Shown in pieces: positions 1 to 9,800 of a stretch of 64,000 bases of DNA. The stretch's first letter is position 1; the number at the start of each line of letters is the position of its first letter. The stretch is from a virus (taxonomy: Duplodnaviria; Caudoviricetes), in IMG/VR virus record IMGVR_UViG_3300037602_000018, positions 39,050 through 103,049 of that record; one strand, written 5' to 3'. The notes beneath the pieces are model-generated. The model had not been told where the DNA came from. It did no database searches and saw only the letters and a list, made by a program, of their open reading frames with translations. The translations under genes were made by a program, and so were the position numbers.

Positions 1-2
1 CT

Positions 3-206
3 TATGAGTTAAGTTTTATTAAATGGGGAGAAGATGATAGAGCTTCTGACTTACTTAACAAACCTACTGTAGGAACAAGTGCTATTTTAGCTCCTTATAA
101 TAGAAATTATACTTGGTTAACTTCTCCTATTGTAGAAGTTATATCTATTACGGAATTTAAAACTAAAAACTCACACTATAAAATAATTAATCTGAAAAAA
201 GGGTAG
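3..206 (+). CDS. Hypothetical phage protein, 5'-truncated
   Basis: Open frame 3 from the window edge to TAG at 204-206 (YELSFIKWG...WLTSPIVEV...FKTKNSHYKI), translated by hand. Confidence 0.6.
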   Translation, partial: YELSFIKWGEDDRASDLLNKPTVGTSAILAPYNRNYTWLTSPIVEVISITEFKTKNSHYKIINLKKG

Positions 207-222
207 TAGTAAGATTATAATT

Positions 223-331
223 TAAAACCACTCTCAGTACCCTTGCTCAAATTAATAAGTAAAATTCTTATTAATCCCTGAAAGACCCGAAGTATATTAT
301 TATACAGGTTAAAGCTGTAGGAGTGGTTTTA
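223..331 (+). ncRNA. Putative structured RNA element closed by a terminal stem
   Basis: TAAAACCACTC (223-233) pairs with GAGTGGTTTTA (321-331); internal hairpin ATTAATAAG/CTTATTAAT; intergenic. Confidence 0.45.
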
Positions 332-345
332 TTAATTTAATAAAT

Positions 346-699
346 ATGAAAAAATATCAATTACCAAAAGAATTTACAAAAAAATGGTTAACTGCTTTAA
401 GAAGTGGAAAATTTAAACAAACTCAAGAAGAGTTATATAATAAAAATACTGGTGGATTTTGTTGCCTTGGAGTCGCCTGTGTAGTAGCTGGACACACTAA
501 AAATATAAAAAAATATGGTTATGAAGGTTACATATCAGCAAAAACCTCTTCTGGTTTACCAGTTTTTAGAAAAATACCTGCTCAATTACGAGGAGAAGAT
601 AATCGTTTAGCTAAACATTTAGCTAGTTTAAATGATAACGATAATTATGCTTTTTCAGAGATTGCAGACTGGATTGAAAAAAATGTCAAATTAATATGA
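346..699 (+). CDS. Conserved hypothetical phage protein (WxxALRSG...CCLGV...ND...F.EIADWIE type)
   Basis: ORF track; motif pattern recurrent in phage proteins, function unknown. Confidence 0.8.
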   Translation: MKKYQLPKEFTKKWLTALRSGKFKQTQEELYNKNTGGFCCLGVACVVAGHTKNIKKYGYEGYISAKTSSGLPVFRKIPAQLRGEDNRLAKHLASLNDNDNYAFSEIADWIEKNVKLI

Positions 700-1028
700 G
701 AGCAGTAATAACAATATCAGGAGATAGAAGTTATGACAATTACTCTGAATTAGCTATATTTTGTGACAAAGTATTAGAACAAATAGAAGATGTAACTATA
801 ATTACAGGAAGTAATGAAAGTACAGAAACTAATGCACAAATATATGCAGCTAACAGAGGTTACAGATTAAAAGTAATTGATGGTAATTCTATAGATAGAC
901 ATCAGGAATTATTATGTGGAAGTGAAATACTAATAGCTTTTTGGGGAGGAATAGATTCTGACACTAAATTATTAATTGATAAAGCTTATTGGTATGGTAG
1001 AAAAATTAAAGTATTAGGTTATATATGA
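696..1028 (+). CDS. SLOG-superfamily (DUF2493/YspA-like) protein
   Basis: N-terminal I.GDRSYDNY, IITG, A..YA..RG, LIAFWGG pattern. Confidence 0.65.
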   Translation: MRAVITISGDRSYDNYSELAIFCDKVLEQIEDVTIITGSNESTETNAQIYAANRGYRLKVIDGNSIDRHQELLCGSEILIAFWGGIDSDTKLLIDKAYWYGRKIKVLGYI

Positions 1029-1219
1029 GTGAAATTAAATTAACAAAAACAGGTGAACAAAAATTTACACCTATAAAAGTAAATATAGAATTTACTATTA
1101 ATTCTCAATTAGAATTAGATGATATAAGAGAAGAATTTATTTCAGGTGAATTTGATGAAATTACTACTCAATATTCTAGTAAGTTATATGATATTTTGTA
1201 TAAATTAAAAGAATTATGA
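1025..1219 (+). CDS. Hypothetical protein
   Basis: ORF, ATGA-coupled to both neighbours. Confidence 0.7.
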   Translation: MSEIKLTKTGEQKFTPIKVNIEFTINSQLELDDIREEFISGEFDEITTQYSSKLYDILYKLKEL

Positions 1220-1425
1220 ATTTAGAATTTAAAGATTTAGATGAAATTCAATTTAAACAATTAAGTAAAGCTTCTGATATGGCAGCTTGTTTATTTGATA
1301 TTAGAATGAATTTCTATAAAGAATTAATTAAATGGTCTGTACCTCCTTTAACTGGAGAAGAAGTACTTCAAAAAGTATTTGATAAAATGGATGAATATGA
1401 TATTAATGTAGAAGATTTAAACTAA
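1216..1425 (+). CDS. Hypothetical protein
   Basis: ORF translationally coupled in the operon. Confidence 0.7.
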   Translation: MNLEFKDLDEIQFKQLSKASDMAACLFDIRMNFYKELIKWSVPPLTGEEVLQKVFDKMDEYDINVEDLN

Positions 1426-2183
1426 TGCCAATATTAATAGGGAGTTCAGCAATTAAACATTGGTATCCAGATTTTCCAAGAGAACCAAATGATACAGACT
1501 ATGCTATTAGTAGCGATGAGAACTACAAAAGTAATATAAATGTAGAATATTTGGTTAATGACATTCTCATGCAAGTAGTAAATAAGCCTATACTTGAGCC
1601 TCAAATATTATGTACTCTTAAAGCATCTCATTTATTTTGGGATACTAATTGGGATAAACATATGTTTGATTTTCAATGGTTACAAGATAAAGGTAATACT
1701 ATTGATGAGAAATTATTTTGGAAATTAGTAAATTATTGGGATGAAGTTTTACCTAAGATAAGGAGAAGTAATCTTACTATGAGTAAAGAAGATTTCTTTA
1801 CAAATGCTATTAATAAGGATACTGATGAACATGATTTTTTACATACTTTAATTAATCCTATACCTATGTACACAAAATTATTAAAAGAGAATTCAGAAGT
1901 AGAACTGGATGAGAATAAGTGGTGTAAATTAGGTTTAGAAGATAAATTTAAAGTAATTAGAGAAGAAACATATGTAATGGCATATGAAAGATATTTTGGA
2001 AAATTACATTATGCTCATGGTTATTACAGACAACTAAGAGATAATATAATTAAACATTTCCCAAGATATATAGGATTAGAAGCAATTAAAAATTTTAAAT
2101 TATTAATCAGACCAGAATTTGATTATTACAAAAAAATAACAGATGGAATCAATAGAAGTAAAAGTTTTACAGGAGCTATTTAA
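1425..2183 (+). CDS. Putative nucleotidyltransferase (Pol-beta-like) phage protein
   Basis: LIGSSA...PNDTDY (hGS + DxD) N-terminus; KASH and EHDFLH motifs. Confidence 0.65.
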   Translation: MPILIGSSAIKHWYPDFPREPNDTDYAISSDENYKSNINVEYLVNDILMQVVNKPILEPQILCTLKASHLFWDTNWDKHMFDFQWLQDKGNTIDEKLFWKLVNYWDEVLPKIRRSNLTMSKEDFFTNAINKDTDEHDFLHTLINPIPMYTKLLKENSEVELDENKWCKLGLEDKFKVIREETYVMAYERYFGKLHYAHGYYRQLRDNIIKHFPRYIGLEAIKNFKLLIRPEFDYYKKITDGINRSKSFTGAI

Positions 2184-2427
2184 GAATAAGAATAGTTATC
2201 TTGTATCAACAAAATCAGGCTATACAGGTGTAACTAATAGTTATGGTAGTGGTGTACAAGGTGAATGGAATGAAACATTTCATTTTTATAGGCATCCTAA
2301 AATGCCTGAGAATTTATTCTTTAGAGAAACCTATCATACAGATAGTTATGGAGATAATGAATCTATAGTAAGTATAGATTTTGTAGAAGGTAAAGAAAAA
2401 ACAATAACAGTATTTGAGCCAATATGA
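2143..2427 (+). CDS. Hypothetical protein (ends EKTITVFEPI)
   Basis: ORF track; C-terminus resembles that of the next gene. Confidence 0.75.
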   Translation: MESIEVKVLQELFKNKNSYLVSTKSGYTGVTNSYGSGVQGEWNETFHFYRHPKMPENLFFRETYHTDSYGDNESIVSIDFVEGKEKTITVFEPI

Positions 2428-2837
2428 ATTACGAAGAAATAATAACAAGGTTAAAAGAAGGATTTAATAGTGTAGCTGATTTTGCTTATGATGAATACAC
2501 AGAATTTGATGGGATAGAATTCCCAGATTATCATTTAGACAAATATAAAATTACTAAAACCAGAGAAGATGGTACAGAATATGAAACTGTAGATTTTGAT
2601 CAATACCAGAAAGATTGTGCTAGTTTAATAATTCCTGGAGGTTGGGAAGAAATAGATTCTTATGGAGGTGAAGGTCAAGGAGAAACTTGGTATTCAATTA
2701 AATATTTCCCTGAACATAATATTTATATTCGTGTAGATGGATTTTATCAATCTTATAATGGTACTGAATTCTATGATGGATGGAATTGTTGTAGTGAAGT
2801 TAGACCAATAGAAAAAACAATTACTGTATATGAGTAA
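2424..2837 (+). CDS. Hypothetical protein (GGEGQGE...GFYQSYNG...EKTITVYE family)
   Basis: ORF track; recurrent phage motif. Confidence 0.8.
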   Translation: MNYEEIITRLKEGFNSVADFAYDEYTEFDGIEFPDYHLDKYKITKTREDGTEYETVDFDQYQKDCASLIIPGGWEEIDSYGGEGQGETWYSIKYFPEHNIYIRVDGFYQSYNGTEFYDGWNCCSEVRPIEKTITVYE

Positions 2838-2840
2838 ATA

Positions 2841-2868
2841 ATAAGAGGGGATTAATTTCCCCTCTTAT
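2841..2868. terminator. Bidirectional intrinsic terminator between convergent modules
   Basis: ATAAGAGGGGA-ttaatt-TCCCCTCTTAT 11-bp hairpin where plus- and minus-strand operons converge. Confidence 0.8.
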
Positions 2869-2885
2869 AAAAATTTTGACTTTTC

Positions 2886-5800
2886 TTAGTAATAAAATTG
2901 CATCTTTTCTCTCACTTTATAATCAGCAAATTTCAATAATGGCACTAAATCTTGTACATCCTTTTTAAGTTTATATGTACCTTTTCTTATACCTGTTTCA
3001 TATTGTTGTATTTCAAGATGAAGTAAATCAGAGAATCCTTGTTCAAATACATCTACTACATTTTCTAATACACTTAATGATACAGCAGGATTTCTAAGAA
3101 TTCTAAATGTTTCTCTTGGATTTGCAAAGAAAGCAAGTTCAGAATATAATCTTCTTGTAAAAAATGCTGACCAGTAAATTCTAGTTTGAAAATCTTCATT
3201 AGATTCATCATCTCCTAATTCTTTAAGAGCTAAACTTGCAAATAAAGCTAATGCTATAAATCCAAATTCTGTAACAGCTTTCATAACGTTACCTTTCTGA
3301 TAATCAGATAAACTATCCCATGAACCTTGAGCAGCTTGTAAGTTAAATCCTAATTCTTTCATGCCTTTATAAACTCCAACAATTAATCTTGTTGTTGAAG
3401 TATAATATCCTTCTTTAAATTCCTTAGTTGCTTCAGAATAAAAAGTATTATCATCATTATCATCTTTAACATACTTAAAGCTTCTCCAACGTCTATCAAA
3501 CCCTCTTATAATAAACTTTCTAAACATCATAATAGCTTTACCAAACCAATATCTCTGAAGAATAGAATTCATTTCAGAATCATATTGTCCAAATAAATCA
3601 GCTTTGGTATCCCCTATTAAATTAGTGATGGATGTTTGACCTTCTATAGAATCGTGTGTATTTCTAATATCAAATTCATTATGTTTTACATTAGAATTTA
3701 ATTCAAGTTTACCATCTTTTACTGTATAGGCTTCTGCTAATGTCATAGCTTTAGATTTAGAAACTACATTACCTTTACTATCTATATATTCTCTTTTAGC
3801 ATTCATTACTTTAATACTGGATAATACAGCATACATAACAGAAGCATGTTGGTAATATTCAGAACCATTCATCATAAACCCTAAATTAGATTTTGATAAT
3901 AAAGCTTTTAATCTTGAATCTTTTGCAAATTCATTCTGTAGAATTTTAAAATCTGAAAGACCTTTAAACTTATCTAAAAGTAATTGAGTTTTACTATTTT
4001 GATTTACAGTACCTTGTTCAGTCATTATATTAGTAAAATCTTTCCAAAATAACTGTTCTCCTTTAAAGAAATTTTTAAGATATTTATTTCCTGTAGTTTC
4101 TATAATTTGAGAAATCTTACCTTGAATGGTGTTCACTATAGCAGCAGGAAAGTTAAAAGATAACATAAGATTACCAGTATAACCAGCTATGGCTCCAGAT
4201 AACTTATTTATATCCATTCCTAAAAAGTCTCCAGCCTCAATAGCTTTTATTCCATAAAGTCTGTTTTCTATAGTAGATTTAAGAGCCTGATACTCATTAC
4301 CCATATAGAAAGGCTTTTTAAGAGATTTATCACTTCTTAATAAATTAGTAATTTTCTCCTTGTTGATACCTTTAGTTTCAAAATATAATTTTTGAGCTGA
4401 AGCTTCTAATATTAATTCTACAGTAGGAGCAACATTCTTCATGTTGTAGTAATTAGTAGAAGTATAATTATTCATTAAGAATATAGTTCCTAAATCTAAT
4501 GATTGATCTTTAGGATTTACTTTACCTCTGTAATATATAGGTACATCTCTCTGAATATGATTGGAGGCATCTCCTTTCATCATAGTGCTTCCAAATTCTG
4601 TATCATCAGCTTGTTTTTTAGTATATTTATCAAGCTTCATCAGCTCTTTAACTTTACCTTCAGACATCATTTCAAAAGTAGATTTAGTTACAGAAGGTAG
4701 TTTTACAAAATAAGTACCATCTAAATCTTTATTTAATCTACTTCCTTTAGGTAATTTACCATCCTGAGCTAACACATCATTACGTAAGAAAGCTATAAAT
4801 TTAAGTTGAAATTTATTTAATTTACTAAATGCAGGATTTTTCCATTTATCTATAGGTTTACCTGCTTTAACATTAGCTTTTCTCCATGCTTTAAATTTAT
4901 TATTAGCTTCTTTATATTCTTTTGAATCTAATCCGTATTCTCTCTCAGCTTCTAATTGAGCTAAGTACAATTCAGTATTTTGATTATAATATTCTGCTTT
5001 ATATGGGCTTGTTAAATAATAATTACCATCTTCATCCTGTTGATATAAACCTTTATACATTTGTTCAGGATTTATACCAGAATTAGCTTTTTTAAATTCT
5101 AAAAACTCATCAATAAAATTCTTACGAGAATTCATAAATTGATTACGAGTTTTTTGTTGTCCTTCATCAAGTATTACAGATACTAACTGAATTACTTGAG
5201 AATTTAAACTTTTAGGGTCTTTAAGACTAGCCGTAGCATAACCCATATCAAAAGCTCCTTCTTCAAAATATTCATTCCATATATTAATTTCTTCCTGTAA
5301 AATATTATTTTTATTTTCTAATAGTTTTTCTATAATATATTTATCTTTTTCTTCGCCTTTTAAACCTAAGTTATTAGCTTCTTTTTGAAAATTATTTCTA
5401 TATTTAGATTCTACTTTAGTAGATTTTTGAGCCATTCTTTTAGAGAACTCAGATTTAATAATTTTATTTCTCTCTTTAATTAATTGATTTAATACATTAC
5501 TTGCTTCAGTAAAAGCTTTTTGTATTTCAGAATCATTAAGAATTTCATTAGCTTTATCAGCTACATTTTCAAAAGCTCCAAAATAATTATCAATAGCCAT
5601 AAGATATTCTGAAGTAACAGTTCCTTCAGCTATTTTTTCTTTTAGTCTTATTAAACTATGTTCAGAACTATTTAATACATAATCAGCAAATTTTAACATT
5701 GCTAATTTAGCATCTTTATCCTGTAAATCTTTTAATTCTGTATGTAAAGATTCTAATTCATTTTCATAAGATTTACCTTCTTCAGTAGCTTTTTTACCCA

Positions 5801-6890
5801 TTCTTGAGTTAAACCTTTTCTGAGAACCTAATCTTAATTCTACTATACTGGCAGCTTCATTAACTAATTGCTCCTGAGTTTTGATTTTTTCATCAAGTTT
5901 AACCTTTTTAGATTGTACATAATCAGATATTTCACCTTGAACTATTTGTTCACTAATTAAATCCTTGGCTAAACTTTTAAGCTCATTTCTACTTTGACCT
6001 GTTAATTTTTCTATAAATTCAAAGAACCATTCAGTAAATCTATTCCACCATGATTGTTTTTCAGTATTGTTCCATATTTGAGAACCTTCTAAACCTAATG
6101 CAGTAGCTACAATTTCTTTATCTAATCTTTCTCCATCTAATTCAGGATATAGTTCTATAATATCAGATTCTATCTTAGAGCCATTTAACTTAGCTCTAGC
6201 AGCTTTAATTCTTGTATTGGACATACCACCTATCATATCAATAAAGATGTGTCCAAACTCATGTATTACAGTGTCAGAGAATAATTTATTAGGATTAATC
6301 TTAATTACTGGTTTACCATATTGTTTAGTTAATGGGTCTGACTTAGCTAATACTTTACCAGATTCTTCCATAGTGTTATCTTCTAATACTACAGCATTAA
6401 ATTTAGCTTTTAAAAATTCTATTTGATCTTGTACTTCATCTAAACTTCTTAAATCTCCTTCAGAAAAATTTTGACTTTCCTCCTGCTCCATAAGAGCTTG
6501 GTCTCCATTGTAATAATTTATATCTCTTTTAAATTCTATATCAGAATTATCGAATAAAGATTCAGATTCTTTCTTATCTACTATATATAACATAGCAGAC
6601 TTACTATCAGAAGTTAATTTGTAAATAATTTTTTTATCTAAGAAATTTTTATTTACTTCTCTAATATCTCTACGAAGATTTTGTAATGTACCTCCATCTT
6701 TGCCTAAAGGAATAAACTTACCTTTCTGAGCATTATAAAGTTTAAGTAATCTTTTAAGTGCTTTATTAGGATTGGTCTTAGATTCACTCCAATTATATCT
6801 TTTATTCCATTCAAGCATTATTCTAGATTCACCTACTTCAGCAAGTAAATCTTTATATTCCTTAGAATTTTTGTTTGGACAAGCTATCAT
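2886..6890 (-). CDS. Virion cargo/ejection protein with zincin-like (HExxH) domain
   Basis: 1334 aa next to the vRNAP; DTVIHEFGH plus a downstream E; hydrophobic C-terminal segment (FGFIALALFASLAL). Confidence 0.7.
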   Translation of the reverse strand: MIACPNKNSKEYKDLLAEVGESRIMLEWNKRYNWSESKTNPNKALKRLLKLYNAQKGKFIPLGKDGGTLQNLRRDIREVNKNFLDKKIIYKLTSDSKSAMLYIVDKKESESLFDNSDIEFKRDINYYNGDQALMEQEESQNFSEGDLRSLDEVQDQIEFLKAKFNAVVLEDNTMEESGKVLAKSDPLTKQYGKPVIKINPNKLFSDTVIHEFGHIFIDMIGGMSNTRIKAARAKLNGSKIESDIIELYPELDGERLDKEIVATALGLEGSQIWNNTEKQSWWNRFTEWFFEFIEKLTGQSRNELKSLAKDLISEQIVQGEISDYVQSKKVKLDEKIKTQEQLVNEAASIVELRLGSQKRFNSRMGKKATEEGKSYENELESLHTELKDLQDKDAKLAMLKFADYVLNSSEHSLIRLKEKIAEGTVTSEYLMAIDNYFGAFENVADKANEILNDSEIQKAFTEASNVLNQLIKERNKIIKSEFSKRMAQKSTKVESKYRNNFQKEANNLGLKGEEKDKYIIEKLLENKNNILQEEINIWNEYFEEGAFDMGYATASLKDPKSLNSQVIQLVSVILDEGQQKTRNQFMNSRKNFIDEFLEFKKANSGINPEQMYKGLYQQDEDGNYYLTSPYKAEYYNQNTELYLAQLEAEREYGLDSKEYKEANNKFKAWRKANVKAGKPIDKWKNPAFSKLNKFQLKFIAFLRNDVLAQDGKLPKGSRLNKDLDGTYFVKLPSVTKSTFEMMSEGKVKELMKLDKYTKKQADDTEFGSTMMKGDASNHIQRDVPIYYRGKVNPKDQSLDLGTIFLMNNYTSTNYYNMKNVAPTVELILEASAQKLYFETKGINKEKITNLLRSDKSLKKPFYMGNEYQALKSTIENRLYGIKAIEAGDFLGMDINKLSGAIAGYTGNLMLSFNFPAAIVNTIQGKISQIIETTGNKYLKNFFKGEQLFWKDFTNIMTEQGTVNQNSKTQLLLDKFKGLSDFKILQNEFAKDSRLKALLSKSNLGFMMNGSEYYQHASVMYAVLSSIKVMNAKREYIDSKGNVVSKSKAMTLAEAYTVKDGKLELNSNVKHNEFDIRNTHDSIEGQTSITNLIGDTKADLFGQYDSEMNSILQRYWFGKAIMMFRKFIIRGFDRRWRSFKYVKDDNDDNTFYSEATKEFKEGYYTSTTRLIVGVYKGMKELGFNLQAAQGSWDSLSDYQKGNVMKAVTEFGFIALALFASLALKELGDDESNEDFQTRIYWSAFFTRRLYSELAFFANPRETFRILRNPAVSLSVLENVVDVFEQGFSDLLHLEIQQYETGIRKGTYKLKKDVQDLVPLLKFADYKVREKMQFYY

Positions 6891-9800
6891 TAATTACAAT
6901 ATTTTTTTATAAATTCATTTAATGCTGAGAAAGTATTAATACTTTCAAGTTCTTTTAATAATTCTGAAGAATTTTTAAGTTCACTAATATCTTCTATTAC
7001 TAAATTTTTTAACTCATTTAATTCTTCTGGAGTACCTTCAGATTGTGTTAATCTATTTTCTGAAGTTTCATCTTTATTCAACCATTCATCTAAAGTTTTA
7101 TCTTTAATTCTTTTAGCTACTGGTAATTTAGGAGAATTCATTTTAGGTAATACAAAGTCTAATTGTTCTGTATTAAATATACTTTCTGGTGTATATTCAT
7201 TAATTTTTAATCCTCCAGGTTGTTGAATACCTAACGGATTAACTCTGACATATACTCCGTTTTCCTGATTATCATTACCTACCCATTTATATAAATTAAA
7301 TTTATTTTTAGAACCTGTTTTTAAATAAGGATAATAAATTTTAGCTTTATCTAAAGAATCAATTCTGTAATTTTCTGAGTCTATAGAAAATACATCTTTA
7401 ATATTAAAATTTTTACCTTCTGTATTAACTACAGGTCTTTTTTTAATTCGATCTGCTAATTTAGGAATAATTTTATTATCTGCAATCTTTTGTTTATAAT
7501 AAACATCTAAAGCATTATCTAATAAATTTATATTGTTAGACTCCTCTATTTGTCTTATAAATCCTGATTCATACATCCATTCATGTGGGATATAAGGGAC
7601 TAAAGACATAATAGCATTTTGAAAACCTGTAGAATAAAACGCATGTTTAACTAATTTATCAGCTAAATCTGGGTGTGTTTGCATTAATTCTTTCCAACCC
7701 TGATACATCATATCATTAAAGTATTCAGAATCAGCTCTTAATTGATTAACTCCTATAAAAGAATATTCTCCAAAATTAAATTCCAGATTGTCTATGAATT
7801 CATTAGTACCTCTTAATTTATAAATTTGTTGAGGTAAGTCTGTAAATAAAGATTTAATATCAGTTTCTCTTAATACTGGAATCTGACTATAGAATATAGA
7901 ATAAGTGTCTTTAATTATATCTCTTAATAACTTATGATTAGTTAAAGAGTTATCTGTTTGTAAAGCAATAATATCCATAAATTCTGACTGTCTATAGATA
8001 TTTTGAAATAACTCTTTAGTAATTTCATCTATTAAATCAATGGAATTTCTATAGTAAGCTCCCATAAAAGTATTATCAAACTTAGCTAAGAAATTCTCAA
8101 CTAATCCTTCAGTAACTACTTTACCAAATAATTTTTTAGAAGCTATTAAAGTTGCTAAGTCATTACCAGCTCCATTAGTGTCTACCTTACTTGCTACTAC
8201 AGAATCTCTTAATGCTTTAGAAGCATCTTGAAGTTTAAGAAAAGTTTTAAGTATTTGAAGTTGATATTCTTTAGATTCTTCTAATGTTATAGTAGCTTCA
8301 TTTGAAAATTCAAATTTTAATGCCTTTTCAAAACTTTCAGTACTAAAATTACTTATAGGTTCTAATTCTTTAAATAATTTATCATTAGCACCATACTTAG
8401 CTAATACTTTATCTATAGGCTTAATTAATTTCCCATTAACATATTGTTTTTCATATACTTTACTTTCTTGTTTGTTAGTTTCTTTAACATAATCTACAAG
8501 AATAGGTTGCATTAAAAAACCATTAATCTGATCTATAGGTACTCCAGCTCTTGCTAATAAGAAAGCAACATTAGCTGTTAATGTATTATGATTACCTTTA
8601 GTAATATAGTTATCTTTAGCAATATCCACATAAGCGTTCAAAAATGCAGATAGTACCTGACTAATTTTTTGTTTACCATCAGTAGTATATTCCTGAGATA
8701 AATCTATTAATCCATTTAACTCATGTCCTACCTGATAATCTGTAGCTAACATAATCTCAGCTAATTGACTTAATGGATGGTCTACCACATGGTTAGCAGT
8801 TTGTCCTACACCAGCTTTACCACCCATGTAAGCAAACTTAATGTTTAACTGATTTACTCCATCAAAGAAATTTAATTGAGTTTGTTCAGATTGTGGTCTT
8901 AATGCATCTAATCTTTCAATAGAATCCTTTAAGAAGTTAGCATCTAAAGGAGTCATTTTATCTATATATGATTTAGGGTCATTAAGAATATCTATATAAG
9001 CCTGTATTAATTTATTCTTAATTCCTTTACTTCCTTGTTCAGCATATTGTATATTTTTAAATATCATTTCATCTGAATGAAATTCAGTCATGTATTTAAA
9101 TACAATTTTACTATATTCTGATTGACTGTATTTTTTATTAAAATCCTCTACAGTAAATAACTTATCATCTGGAATAAATCCTTCATTTATATACCAATTT
9201 TCATCTACTTCATATATACTATTAAGCATATCATCAGCAGATAAATTATAAGTATCTATAATATTTAAAGCTGTATTATACCATGATAAGTCTGGAACTG
9301 TATTAAATTCAGGCATCATTACATACATCTTATCAATATCAAAGTCACTACCTGTTTTAGTAGTAATTTCTGAATAAGGTACAATTGTATCTCCCATTAA
9401 GTCAGGTAGTATTCCAACAACTCTTAAATTATCATTAGAACTCATACCTTGGTTAGGAATACGATACCCCACTATATCAAATATTCTGGAGTCCACTACT
9501 TCCATTAACTCATTATAAGGTATTTCTCTCCAGTTAGGTATATATTTACTTAACCATCCACCAGATATTAATACTTCACCTGGTTTACCTTCTAATGGAG
9601 GAGCTAAACCTTTATCAGCTAATCTTTCAATTTCATCAGTTAACCAATAAATACCTTCTTTTTCAGTAGTAGTTAATTTATCTAATCCAAAACTAGACAT
9701 CTGAATTAATCCACCACCATTAGTAGTTATCTTAGTAGTTCTTTTATTAACCCATGAGAAAATTAAATTCTGAATTCTATTTAAATGTTGAGGTAAAGCT

